Assembly (NCBI RefSeq): GCF_003112695.1
Contig: NZ_BFBP01000010.1
Span: 116,438 to 148,437 of the forward strand
Origin: Azospira sp. I13
Lineage (GTDB): Bacteria > Pseudomonadota > Gammaproteobacteria > Burkholderiales > Rhodocyclaceae
Direction of reading: 5' to 3'
DNA length: 32,000 nt
Shown: positions 17,713 to 28,810 of the stretch, piece by piece
Layout: each line of letters begins with the position of its first letter
How positions within the stretch are numbered: position 1 is the stretch's first letter
Position numbers and translations under genes: made by a program
Notes under the pieces: model-generated
Seen by the model: only the letters and a program-made list of their open reading frames with translations
The model's database searches: none
Told to the model about the DNA's origin: nothing

Positions 17713-17901
17713 GCTTTTCCTTCCGATTAAAGAAGGCCAGAGCGGAGTGCTCTGGCTCGCCCCGAATTATTTAATCCAGCTTAGGCACATCGCCTGCCTG
17801 CAAATTTCGCATTGACTATTCAATAGCAAAAATCCCGATAACTGCCGACAGGTGCGCTCCCAGCGTCCCGCAGTAGCATAGCCTCCACAGGGGCCCTTCC
17901 A

Positions 17902-19167
17902 TTACAAGGCCCCATTGCTGCGCAGAGGCACCACATCAGCCCCCTTAATCCAGGCTTCTGTCAAATCAGCCCATTGCTGCATTAATGCCCGCCGTTGGTC
18001 CAGCTTCTTGGCGTGGTTGTATGCCCCCCGGACCTTGTTGCGCTCGGCATGGGCAAGGCATAGCTCGATCACCTCATGATCTGCGCCCGCCTCATTGAAG
18101 AAGGTGGAGAAGGTGCCACGCACCCCATGGGGAGTAAATTTACCGGCATACCCAGCGCGATTGAATACATCCCGGATTCCCTCATGGGTAAGGGGCTGCT
18201 CCCGGTCCTTCCTCCCAGGAAAGACATAGCGCCCCCGGCCCGTTAGCGCCTGCATCCCCCGCAGGATTTCCACCGCCTGGAAAGACAGGGGCACGGTATG
18301 GGCTTCCCGCATCTTCATCCGCTCGGCAGGCACAGTCCAAAGCCCGGCCTCTAGGTCAAACTCCTGCCATTCGGCACAGCGTAATTCCACCGTCCGAACC
18401 ACGGTCAGCCACAGCAACTTGGCGGCGGCCTTGGTCGCGTTTTCCGCTTGCACGTCCTCCAACGCCCGCAGGAAGGCGGGTATCTCTTTAGTGGCCAGGT
18501 GGGCGATGTGTTGGGTCTTGGGTGCCTTGAGGGTATTACGTAGGGGCCAGGTGGGGTCTGCTTCCACCAGCAATTCACCGGCTGCATACCGGAAAACGCC
18601 CCCTATCCAGGTTTTCAGCAGCTTGGCACTAGCCGGTGAGCCACGCTTTTCCAGACGTTTGAGTACGTCCTTAACGTGGGCCGGTGTAACCGACTTGATA
18701 GGCAAAGCCCCAATCCATGGGAAGGCATCGCCGGAAAGGCGTTGCTTGATCTGCCGCAGGTAATTGGCGGACCAGTGGCTTTCGTTCTCCCTGATCCAAG
18801 TTTCAGCCACCGCCTGAAAGGTGCTTTCTGCCTCCAGGGAGCGGCGCAGCCTATCGGTTTGCTGGCTGTGAGAGGGATGAATGCTCTGTTTAACCAGCCC
18901 CCGGCAACGCTCGCGCTCTACCCGAGCCTCGGCCAAGGTGAATTGCCGGGCATCCCGCCTAGCCTGGGCTTCCTTCTGGGACTCCCCGGCAGGGGGTTGG
19001 CAGTAGCTCCCCAAGGCGAACAGGTTTTCCTTGCCCCCTATCTCGTACCTATAACGCCATAGCTTGGAACCGTTGGGGCGGACCTCCAGATAAAGACCAT
19101 TCCCGTCGCGCAGCTTCAACGGTTTGTCTGCTGCCTTGGCGGTGCGGCATTGCGTGTCTGTCAGCAT
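17902..19167 (-). CDS. int: Tyrosine recombinase, P4-type integrase (DUF4102 N-terminal arm-binding domain + catalytic domain)
   Basis: 421 aa. The N-terminus MLTDTQCRTAKAADKPLKLRDGNGLYLEVRPNGSKLWRYRY is canonical for P4-like integrases. The catalytic residue context is ..TPHGVRGTFST.. and ..LAHAERNKVRGAYNH.. Confidence 0.95.
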   Translation of the reverse strand: MLTDTQCRTAKAADKPLKLRDGNGLYLEVRPNGSKLWRYRYEIGGKENLFALGSYCQPPAGESQKEAQARRDARQFTLAEARVERERCRGLVKQSIHPSHSQQTDRLRRSLEAESTFQAVAETWIRENESHWSANYLRQIKQRLSGDAFPWIGALPIKSVTPAHVKDVLKRLEKRGSPASAKLLKTWIGGVFRYAAGELLVEADPTWPLRNTLKAPKTQHIAHLATKEIPAFLRALEDVQAENATKAAAKLLWLTVVRTVELRCAEWQEFDLEAGLWTVPAERMKMREAHTVPLSFQAVEILRGMQALTGRGRYVFPGRKDREQPLTHEGIRDVFNRAGYAGKFTPHGVRGTFSTFFNEAGADHEVIELCLAHAERNKVRGAYNHAKKLDQRRALMQQWADLTEAWIKGADVVPLRSNGAL

Positions 19168-19188
19168 TGGCGAGCCTTTCAGGGCCTT

Positions 19189-19263
19189 CCGTACCCGGTT
19201 TTTCGCTGTACCCGGTTTTCAGAACCGGGTACAGCACTTCGATACCCGGTTTTGCACCCGGTT
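19189..19263. repeat. Cluster of five ACCCGGTT motifs between int and the att core, including a perfect 12-bp inverted repeat
   Basis: GTACCCGGTT occurs at 19191-19200 and 19208-19217, with an inverted copy AACCGGGTAC at 19223-19232. ATACCCGGTT is at 19242-19251 and GCACCCGGTT at 19254-19263. CTGTACCCGGTT-ttcag-AACCGGGTACAG (19206-19234) is a perfect palindrome. The first motif lies only ~22 nt upstream of the int ATG. Confidence 0.6.
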
Positions 19264-19302
19264 TTTATCCGGATTGCAATGGACGACAGCGGAACGATAC
19301 AG

Positions 19303-19332
19303 ACAAAAAAGCCCGCATTTACGCGGGCTTTG
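19303..19332 (-). terminator. Rho-independent terminator downstream of argJ
   Basis: The minus strand reads AAAGCCCGC-GTAAAT-GCGGGCTTTTTTGTCT. It lies about 40 nt after the argJ stop. Confidence 0.7.
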
Positions 19333-19368
19333 TGGGTTTCTCCGGACTTCACCGGATGCAGTCTGGAA

Positions 19369-20610
19369 CTAACTCCGGTAGTCGGCGTTGATTTTCACGT
19401 AGTCGTAGGAGAAATCACAGGTGTAAATATCGCCGCCGGCCGGGCCGCGAGCCAGGTCGACCCGCACGGTGATTTCGGCATTCTGCATGATGCGGGAACC
19501 ATCAGCTTCCTTGTAGCTGGCCGCCCGACCGCCCTTTTCCGCCACCAGTACGGTATCGGCGCCGCTGCCCAACCACACCCGGATGTTGCCCACATCCAGG
19601 TCAGCAATACCGGCGTAGCCGATGGCGGCCAGGATACGGCCGAGATTGGGGTCGGAAGCGAAGAAGGCGGTCTTTACCAGGGGAGAATGGCCGATGGCGT
19701 AACCCACCTTGCGACACTCCTCCAGATCCTTGCCGCCTTCCACCGCCACGGTGATGAACTTGGTAGCGCCTTCGCCATCCCTCACGATGGCCTGGGCCAG
19801 TTCGATGGAAACTTCCACCAGGGCAGCACGCACGGCAGCCCAGGCCGGGTCCTGGGCGTCCTTGACGTGCAGGCCGCTCTGACCGGAGGCCATGAGGATG
19901 AAGGAATCGTTGGTGGAGGTGTCGCCATCCACGGTGATGCAGTTGAAGGACTGGTCCGCCGCTTCCTTGGCTACCTGCGCCAGCAGTTGCTGGGGAATGC
20001 CCGCATCGGTGGCGACGAAGCCCAGCATGGTGGCCATGTTCGGCTTGATCATGCCGGCGCCCTTGGAGATACCGGTGACGGTAATGGTCTTGCCGCCCAC
20101 CTGAATACGGCGGGAAGCGGCCTTGGCCACGGTGTCGGTGGTCATGATGGCGTGGGCGGCAGCATGCCAGTTGTCCGCCTTCAGGTCGGCGATAGCGGCG
20201 GGCAGGCCGGCTTGCAGCCGATCCACAGGCAACGGTTCGAGAATGACGCCGGTGGAGAACGGCAGCACCGCCCGATCTTCATCCAGGCCAAGCAGGCCGG
20301 CCAGGGTGGCGCAGGTCTGCATGGCGGCCTGCAGGCCGGTTTCGCCGGTGCCGGCATTGGCGATACCGGTATTGATGACCAGGGCGCGAATTTCCGGATC
20401 GCGCCCCAGGTGACGGCGGCAGACCTGAACCGGGGCGGCGCAGAAACGGTTCTGGGTGAATACGCCGGCCACGGTGGTGCCCGGATCCAGGGCAATGACG
20501 GTCAGGTCCCGTCGATTGGCCTTGCGGATTCCGGCTTCGGCAGTACCGAGACGGACCCCGGCAACGGGGAACAAGGCTTCAGGGGCAGGCGTGGCGTAAT
20601 TGACGGGCAT
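19369..20610 (-). CDS. argJ: Bifunctional glutamate N-acetyltransferase / amino-acid N-acetyltransferase
   Basis: 413 aa. The autoprocessing site context is ..[15 protein letters not shown].. The C-terminus ..[11 protein letters not shown] is typical of ArgJ. Confidence 0.95.
   Translation of the reverse strand: MPVNYATPAPEALFPVAGVRLGTAEAGIRKANRRDLTVIALDPGTTVAGVFTQNRFCAAPVQVCRRHLGRDPEIRALVINTGIANAGTGETGLQAAMQTCATLAGLLGLDEDRAVLPFSTGVILEPLPVDRLQAGLPAAIADLKADNWHAAAHAIMTTDTVAKAASRRIQVGGKTITVTGISKGAGMIKPNMATMLGFVATDAGIPQQLLAQVAKEAADQSFNCITVDGDTSTNDSFILMASGQSGLHVKDAQDPAWAAVRAALVEVSIELAQAIVRDGEGATKFITVAVEGGKDLEECRKVGYAIGHSPLVKTAFFASDPNLGRILAAIGYAGIADLDVGNIRVWLGSGADTVLVAEKGGRAASYKEADGSRIMQNAEITVRVDLARGPAGGDIYTCDFSYDYVKINADYRS
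19372..19389. repeat. Right copy of the 18-bp direct repeat (att core candidate), inside the argJ 3' end
   Basis: ACTCCGGTAGTCGGCGTT. Its reverse complement AACGCCGACTACCGGAGT encodes N-A-D-Y-R-S, the last six codons before the argJ stop codon. Confidence 0.65.
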
Positions 20611-20627
20611 GGCTCTCTCACCGGAGA

Positions 20628-20672
20628 GGACAAAAGAAAACGCAGAGGGTAGCAGGCTGCTCCCTCTGCGTC
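20628..20672 (-). terminator. Rho-independent terminator of secA
   Basis: Stem CGCAGAGGG (20641-20649) pairs with CCCTCTGCG (20662-20670). On the minus strand it is followed by TTTTCTTTTG. Confidence 0.7.
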
Positions 20673-20685
20673 AGTGGCATGGTGC

Positions 20686-23382
<2,697 letters not shown>

Positions 23383-23422
23383 CTTGAGAGACGCACTGGC
23401 GTCCGTAAGCGGGAAAGGGGCG

Positions 23423-23450
23423 ATTCTATCACGCCCGGGAAGCCCGCCAA
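23423..23450 (-). promoter_or_regulatory. Candidate sigma70 promoter for secA
   Basis: The minus strand reads TTGGCG-16 nt-TAGAAT, with TGA immediately upstream of the -10 (extended -10-like). It lies about 40 nt upstream of the secA ATG. This is pattern matching only. Confidence 0.35.
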
Positions 23451-23509
23451 TTTAGGGAAAGTCAAAGGAATGGGGCGGCGATTGCCACCCGACAAAAATG
23501 CCGACGGTT

Positions 23510-24463
23510 TCAGCGCCGGCTGGCGACCTGAGAGCCTTGCTGCAGGAAGCGGGCCGGATTCTGGGCCACCCCCTGGTAACGCACCTCGAAATGCAGATGG
23601 GGGCCGGTGGAGCGCCCGGTATTGCCGCTGGCGGCTATCAACTGGCCGCGCTTGACCAGCTGACCGGAGCGGACACCGATCTTCGACAGATGGGCATAAC
23701 GGGTGGTAAAGCCATTGCCGTGGTCAATCTCGATGAGATTGCCGTACTGGGGATGCCGATCGGCCTCCACCACCACGCCACCGGCAGCGGAAACCACGGG
23801 CGTACCCACTTCGGCGGAGAAATCCACGCCTTCGTGCATGGCGCTTACCCCGGCAATGGGATCGGCACGAACGCCAAAACCGGAGCCCACTCCCGAACCC
23901 TGGATAGGCAGAGAGGTCGGCAGTAACACCTGGCGGATGCGGCGGTCCATCAATTGGTTCTCCAGGGTCCGCATGTAATCGACCCGCTGATCCACCAGGG
24001 TGGACATGCGCTCCAGTTCCCGCTGCAGTTCCTCGGCAGAATGAATGCCCGCCTCCTGCACCGATACCGGCAGGAGGGGGCCGCCCTGCCCGCCCTTGCC
24101 GATGGCGGCCGGAGTCACCTTGTCACCGGACTTTTCACCGGACTTCATGCCGGCCAGCACCGAAAGGCGCTCACCCATGGCGTCGAGATGCAGCATCTGG
24201 GCCTGCATGTCGCCCAGGCGCGCCGCCATGACATTGAGGTTTTCCCGGAGAAAATCCTGTGTCTTCTGGGTTTCCTGGCGCTGCACGGCAAGGACGAGAT
24301 CCTGCACCAGCGGCAGGCGGAAACGCACGGTCAGCCAGGAAAAGGCCACCGCGCCAGCCAGCACCAGAGCCATGAAACCCAGGCCCAGGGCCAGCAGCAG
24401 GCGGGGCGTCAGGGTCACGGTTTTGGCGGTTGCCATCCGATCGGAGACAAGAATAAGATGCAC
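23510..24463 (-). CDS. M23 family metallopeptidase (EnvC/NlpD-like, membrane-anchored with coiled-coil region)
   Basis: The C-terminal LytM domain shows ..HEGVDFSAEVGTPVVSAAGGVV...GNLIEIDHGNGFTTRYAHLS...GNTGRSTGPHLHFEV.. I prefer the GTG start at 24463 because GAGGAG lies 7 nt upstream. The ATG at 24436 is an alternative. Confidence 0.85.
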   Translation of the reverse strand: MHLILVSDRMATAKTVTLTPRLLLALGLGFMALVLAGAVAFSWLTVRFRLPLVQDLVLAVQRQETQKTQDFLRENLNVMAARLGDMQAQMLHLDAMGERLSVLAGMKSGEKSGDKVTPAAIGKGGQGGPLLPVSVQEAGIHSAEELQRELERMSTLVDQRVDYMRTLENQLMDRRIRQVLLPTSLPIQGSGVGSGFGVRADPIAGVSAMHEGVDFSAEVGTPVVSAAGGVVVEADRHPQYGNLIEIDHGNGFTTRYAHLSKIGVRSGQLVKRGQLIAASGNTGRSTGPHLHFEVRYQGVAQNPARFLQQGSQVASRR

Positions 24464-24487
24464 GATGCTTCTCCTCGAAGTGGATCC

Positions 24488-24928
24488 ATGCACGAATCAG
24501 TAGAAAAATATCTCGGCAGAGCGGACGGCGCAGCATCGGTGCTGGCCCATGCCCGACTCTTGATGCGCGCCCAGCGCGCTTACGACGACTTTGCCCCGGC
24601 CTCATTGGCCCGATCGAGCGGCGTCGCAAACATCAAATTGGGGAGTGTGGTTATCCACGCCGATAACGGCGCGGTCGCGGCCAAACTGCGCCAGATGGCC
24701 CAGACCCTGGCCCGCGAATTCTTGAAAAGGGGTTTTGAGTGTAACGGCGTGGTCATCAAAGTGCAAGAGCGCCCCAGAGCAACTTCCGGGCCAGCCCCTA
24801 CGCTAAAACCCCTACCTCCCCGCGCGGGAGCCGAACTCCAGGAACTCGCAGCCAGCCTGCCCGACAACTCCCCCTTGAAACGGGGCCTGCAGGACTTTCT
24901 CGCCCGGGTTGCCCTCAGAGAGGAATGA
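24488..24928 (+). CDS. dciA: DUF721 / DciA-like protein
   Basis: 146 aa starting MHESVEKYLGRADGAASVLAHARLLMRAQRAYDDFAPASLARSSGVANIKLGSVVIHADNGAVAAKLRQ.. This matches the DUF721 pattern (..L.....G.L.i.v.s.awa..L....). It occupies the conserved slot between lpxC and the M23 peptidase/secA seen in other proteobacteria. The track ORF from 23954 is an antisense extension. Confidence 0.65.
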   Translation: MHESVEKYLGRADGAASVLAHARLLMRAQRAYDDFAPASLARSSGVANIKLGSVVIHADNGAVAAKLRQMAQTLAREFLKRGFECNGVVIKVQERPRATSGPAPTLKPLPPRAGAELQELAASLPDNSPLKRGLQDFLARVALREE

Positions 24929-25103
24929 TCGCCAGACGCTCCAGCCCCATCAGGGCGAAGAGCAGCAGGGCCAGAATCAAGAGGTAACGGGTGGTACGCC
25001 AGGCAAAGCGGAGGTAACGGGACTGCCCGGTCAGGAAATAGCCCAGAACACCACCGCCAGCAGCGATAACAGCCAGTACGGCCAGGATACGCAGGAGGAG
25101 CAT
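24915..25103 (-). CDS. Small two-TM membrane protein (62 aa), unknown function
   Basis: The ATG at 25103 is preceded by a strong GAAGGAGG RBS. The sequence MLLLRILAVLAVIAAGGGVLGYFLTGQSRYLRFAWRTTRYLLILALLLFALMGLERLAIIPL contains two hydrophobic helices. Its 3' end overlaps the convergent dciA-like gene by 14 nt. Confidence 0.6.
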   Translation of the reverse strand: MLLLRILAVLAVIAAGGGVLGYFLTGQSRYLRFAWRTTRYLLILALLLFALMGLERLAIIPL

Positions 25104-25174
25104 GGGGCCTCCTTCATTTTCTCGGGATGGATGGGCGGCAAACTCAAGCAGCAAGGCCTGAGCGGCCAGCGAGC

Positions 25175-26098
25175 TCAGGCTGCCTGGGCCGGGAGTTCCA
25201 GCCAGCGGGCAACGCCGACGGGCGTCTGTGCCTGGTCTTCAAAGGTGGCGAACTCCCAGGAGTCCTGCTCCTTGAGCAGCTGCCGGGCCAGCAGATTGTT
25301 CAGGGCATGTCCAGACTTGTGGGCGGTGAAGGCCGCCAGCAGGGGATGCCCCAAGAGATAGAGGTCGCCCACCGCGTCCAGCACCTTGTGTTTGACGAAC
25401 TCGTCGCCATAACGCAGGCCGTCGCTGTTAAGCACCCGGTATTCGTCGAGAACGATGGCGTTCTCCAGGCCGCCCCCCAGGGCCAGGCCGTTTTCCCGCA
25501 GCATCTCCACATCCTGCATGAAGCCGAAGGTACGGGCCCGGGCCACTTCCCGGGTGTAGGACTGCTCGGCGAAGTCGACGCTGACGGACTGGGCCGACTT
25601 GTCGATGGCCGGGTGGTTGAAGATGATGGAGAAGGTCAGCTTGTAGCCGTCGTAAGGCTCGAAGCGGGCCCACTTGTCGCCGTCCCGCACCTCGATGGGG
25701 CGCGTGACGCGAATGAATTTCTTGGCTGCCGGCTGTTCTTCAATGCCGGCCGACTGGATGAGGAAGACGAAAGGTGCCGCGGAACCGTCAAGGATCGGCA
25801 CTTCGGCCGCGTCCAGGTCCACATAGGCATTGTCGATGCCCAGGCCGGCAAAGGCCGACATCAGGTGTTCCACCGTACCGACCTTGACCCCATCCACCTC
25901 CAGGCAGGAGCACATGCGCGTATCACCCACCATCAGGGCGTCGGCACGGATTTCCACCGGCTGGGGCAGATCCACGCGGCGAAAGACGATACCGGTATCG
26001 GGCGCTGCCGGACGCAGGGCCATAGTGACCTTGACGCCGCTGTGCAGGCCGACGCCGGAGGCGCGGATCAGGGACTTGAGGGTACGTTGCTTCAACAT
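25175..26098 (-). CDS. lpxC: UDP-3-O-acyl-N-acetylglucosamine deacetylase
   Basis: The start is taken at ATG 26098 ([21 protein letters not shown], aligning with the E. coli MIKQRTLK start). Motifs ..TVEHLMSA.. and ..HKSGHALNN.. are present. Confidence 0.95.
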   Translation of the reverse strand: MLKQRTLKSLIRASGVGLHSGVKVTMALRPAAPDTGIVFRRVDLPQPVEIRADALMVGDTRMCSCLEVDGVKVGTVEHLMSAFAGLGIDNAYVDLDAAEVPILDGSAAPFVFLIQSAGIEEQPAAKKFIRVTRPIEVRDGDKWARFEPYDGYKLTFSIIFNHPAIDKSAQSVSVDFAEQSYTREVARARTFGFMQDVEMLRENGLALGGGLENAIVLDEYRVLNSDGLRYGDEFVKHKVLDAVGDLYLLGHPLLAAFTAHKSGHALNNLLARQLLKEQDSWEFATFEDQAQTPVGVARWLELPAQAA

Positions 26099-26180
26099 GT
26101 CGGTATTCACTTCCGTTATGCAACCACCGCGACACCCATGACGGCGTCAGGCGGGATGAAGACGGAATAAGGGGGGAAGG

Positions 26181-26192
26181 CACATTCTAGCA
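26181..26192 (-). promoter_or_regulatory. Candidate extended -10 (TGcTAGAAT) for lpxC
   Basis: The minus strand reads cgTGCTAGAATg, about 85 nt upstream of the lpxC ATG. It sits in the loop of the inverted repeat GGGGGAAGG/CCTTCCCCC (about 26172-26211). This is pattern matching only. Confidence 0.3.
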
Positions 26193-26343
26193 CGAAGGCC
26201 CCTTCCCCCTTAAGGAGGCGTTTTGTTACAACACGTTACCGCAGGTCAGGACGGCCGCCAGACGCCGGTTTCCCCGGCGGGAGGCAGCGCCGTTCTCGGC
26301 CCGTGACGGGCCGGCGAAGACGCCCGGCGGCGCGCCCCGACCC

Positions 26344-27498
26344 TTAGTCCGCCTGCTTGCGCAGGAAGGCCGGGATGTCGTAACGGTCGACGCCGCTGTT
26401 GGCCAGGGCTTCGACCGTGGCGTTGCGACCCTTGCGGATCACGGCCGGGATGTCCAACTGGCTGTAATCGCCGCTGACGCTCATCGGCACATCATCGGTA
26501 CCGGTGCGCATGGCGGTGTTGATGACTTCGAAGGACTGGCGACGGGCTTCCGCCTTGCCCAGGCCGGTGGCGACCACGGTGACGCGCAGCTGCTCGCCCA
26601 TGGATTCGTCAAACACGGCACCGAAGATCACGTGGGCATCTTCCGCAGCGAAGTCGTTGATGGTCTTCATCACTTCGTTCACTTCCTTCATCTTCAGGCT
26701 GCTCTTGGAAGCGGTGATGTTGACCAGCACGCCCCGGGCGCCGGAAAGGTTGATACCTTCCAGCAGCGGGGAAGCCACGGCCTGCTCGGCCGCAATACGG
26801 GCGCGGTCGATGCCGGAAGCGTAGGCGGACCCCATCATGGCCATGCCCATTTCACCCATGACGGTGCGCACGTCCTCAAAGTCCACGTTCACCAGGCCGG
26901 GCTGGTCGATGATCTCGACGATGCCGCCCACGGCGTTACGCAGCACGTTGTCGGCCGCCTTGAAGGCTTCGTCCATGGAGACGTCGTCGCCCAGAACTTC
27001 CATCAGCTTGTCGTTGAGGATCACCACCAGGGAATCGACGTGCTTCTGCAGCTCGGCGATGCCAGCCTCGGCAGCCTTCAGGCGCTTGCCCTCGAAGCCG
27101 AAAGGCTTGGTCACCACGGCCACGGTAAGGATGCCCAGTTCCTTGGCCACTTCCGCCACGATCGGGGCGGCGCCGGTACCGGTGCCGCCACCCATGCCGG
27201 CGGTGATGAAGACCATGTTGGCCCCCTTCAGTTGCTCGGCGATGCGCTCCCGCTCTTCCAGGGCAGCGGCGCGACCGGCTTCCGGCTTGGCGCCGGCACC
27301 GAGGCCGGAAGCACCCAGCTGCAGCTTGGTCTGGGCGGTGTTGCGGCCCAGGGCCTGGGCATCGGTGTTGGCCGCCAGGAAATCGACACCCACCACCCCT
27401 TCGCGAATCATGTGGTCGACAGCGTTGCCGCCAGCGCCACCGACGCCCACCACCTTGATCATGGTGCCGGATTCGTCTTTATCAATAATTTCAAACAT
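26344..27498 (-). CDS. ftsZ: Cell division GTPase FtsZ
   Basis: 384 aa with the GGGTGTGAAP tubulin signature, ..VVGVGGAGGNAV.. and the C-terminal conserved peptide DIPAFLRKQAD. Confidence 0.98.
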   Translation of the reverse strand: MFEIIDKDESGTMIKVVGVGGAGGNAVDHMIREGVVGVDFLAANTDAQALGRNTAQTKLQLGASGLGAGAKPEAGRAAALEERERIAEQLKGANMVFITAGMGGGTGTGAAPIVAEVAKELGILTVAVVTKPFGFEGKRLKAAEAGIAELQKHVDSLVVILNDKLMEVLGDDVSMDEAFKAADNVLRNAVGGIVEIIDQPGLVNVDFEDVRTVMGEMGMAMMGSAYASGIDRARIAAEQAVASPLLEGINLSGARGVLVNITASKSSLKMKEVNEVMKTINDFAAEDAHVIFGAVFDESMGEQLRVTVVATGLGKAEARRQSFEVINTAMRTGTDDVPMSVSGDYSQLDIPAVIRKGRNATVEALANSGVDRYDIPAFLRKQAD

Positions 27499-27557
27499 GG
27501 ATCGCCTCCTTCAAAAATACTGCATTCACACGTGCTGCATTGAACGGAAATTGCTTC

Positions 27558-28787
27558 TTAGAAATTTTTTTCGAACCACGACTTCATACTGGAAAACACC
27601 TGCTTGACGCTGCGCGTCTCCTGCACTTTCAAGCCCCGCTTGCGCTGGGTCTGGGCCTCGAGCAACAGGCCGTAGGCGGTGGAGAAACGCGGACTCTGGA
27701 CCACATCGGCCAGGGCGCCGGTGTACTTGGGCACCCCGAGGCGCACCGGCATGTGGAAAATCTCTTCACCCAGCTCAATCATGCCGGGCATCACCGAAGC
27801 GCCGCCGGTCAGCACGATGCCGGAGGACAGCACCTCGTCGAAGCCGGAGCGGCGCAGTTCGGCCTGGATCAGCTCGAACAGCTCCTCCACCCGGGGCTGG
27901 ATCACATCGGCCAGGGCACGACGGGAAAGCTTGCGGCTGGGGCGGTCATCCACCCCGGCCACTTCCAGCACCTCTTCCGGATCAGCCAGCTGGGACAGGG
28001 CGCAGCCGTATTTGCGCTTGATGTCTTCCGCCTCCCGGGTGGGCGTGCGCAAGGCCATGGCGATATCGTTGGTGACCTGGTCGCCGGCGATGGGAATCAC
28101 CGAGGTGTGGCGGATGGCGCCCTGGGTCCAGATGGCGATGTCCGTGGTACCGCCGCCGATATCCACCAGGCAGACGCCCAATTCCTTCTCGTCTTCGGAG
28201 AGCACGGCAAAGCTGGAGGCCAGGGGCTGCAGCACCAGGTCATTGACCTCCAGACCGCAGCGGCGCACGCATTTGACGATGTTCTGGGCGGCGGAAACCG
28301 CGCCGGTAACGATGTGCACCTTGACCTCGAGGCGGAAGCCGCTCATGCCGATGGGCTCGCGGATACCGTCCTGGTCGTCGATGATGAATTCCTGGGTGAG
28401 GATGTGCAGGATTTCCTGGTCGGCAGGAATCGGCATGGCCCGGGCGGTTTCGATCACCCGGTCCAGATCCATGGTGTTCACTTCCTTGTCCTTGATGGCC
28501 ACCATCCCGTTGGAGTTGAAGCTCTTGATGTGGCTGCCGGCGATGCCCGTATAGACGTTCATCACCTTGCAGTCGGCCATCAATTCCACTTCCTGGACCA
28601 CCCGGGAAATGGCGCTCACGGTCTCCTCGATATTGACCACCACGCCCTTTTTCAGGCCCTTGGAATCCTGGCTGCCCATCCCGATGACGTTGAGCCGCCC
28701 CTCCGGGGTGATCTCCGCCACCAGCGCCACGATCTTCGAGGTGCCGATATCCAGGCCGACAATCAGTTCCTTGCTATCCCTGCTCAT
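27558..28787 (-). CDS. ftsA: Cell division protein FtsA
   Basis: 409 aa actin-like ATPase, with ..VGLDIGTSKIVALV.. and ..DIGGGTTDIAI.. and a C-terminal amphipathic helix. Confidence 0.97.
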   Translation of the reverse strand: MSRDSKELIVGLDIGTSKIVALVAEITPEGRLNVIGMGSQDSKGLKKGVVVNIEETVSAISRVVQEVELMADCKVMNVYTGIAGSHIKSFNSNGMVAIKDKEVNTMDLDRVIETARAMPIPADQEILHILTQEFIIDDQDGIREPIGMSGFRLEVKVHIVTGAVSAAQNIVKCVRRCGLEVNDLVLQPLASSFAVLSEDEKELGVCLVDIGGGTTDIAIWTQGAIRHTSVIPIAGDQVTNDIAMALRTPTREAEDIKRKYGCALSQLADPEEVLEVAGVDDRPSRKLSRRALADVIQPRVEELFELIQAELRRSGFDEVLSSGIVLTGGASVMPGMIELGEEIFHMPVRLGVPKYTGALADVVQSPRFSTAYGLLLEAQTQRKRGLKVQETRSVKQVFSSMKSWFEKNF

Positions 28788-28810
28788 GTTGTTCCTCTGC
28801 CTTCAAACCT

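Larger units (their letters stand above)
14700..19389 (-). mobile_element. Minimal integrative element (~4.7 kb) at the 3' end of argJ: int, alpA, Toprim/DUF3631 primase-replicase and one small ORF
   Basis: The element is bounded by 17/18-bp direct repeats. ACCCGGTT motif clusters lie just inside both ends. All four genes are co-directional on the minus strand, with the P4-type integrase adjacent to the target gene end. By eye it is less GC-rich than its flanks (not computed). Confidence 0.75.

Noticed and set aside
19150-20652. 500-aa plus-strand ORF
   Set aside because: It is antisense to argJ and runs through the att and arm-repeat region. ArgJ motifs on the minus strand are unambiguous.
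26200-26343. GC-rich hairpins in the ftsZ-lpxC spacer (GGCCCG-TCA-CGGGCC and CGCCGG-GGAAA-CCGGCG) as a possible ncRNA or REP element
   Set aside because: They are short stems without T tracts or repetition elsewhere in the window. They are most simply ftsZ 3'-UTR structure, and there is not enough evidence to annotate them.
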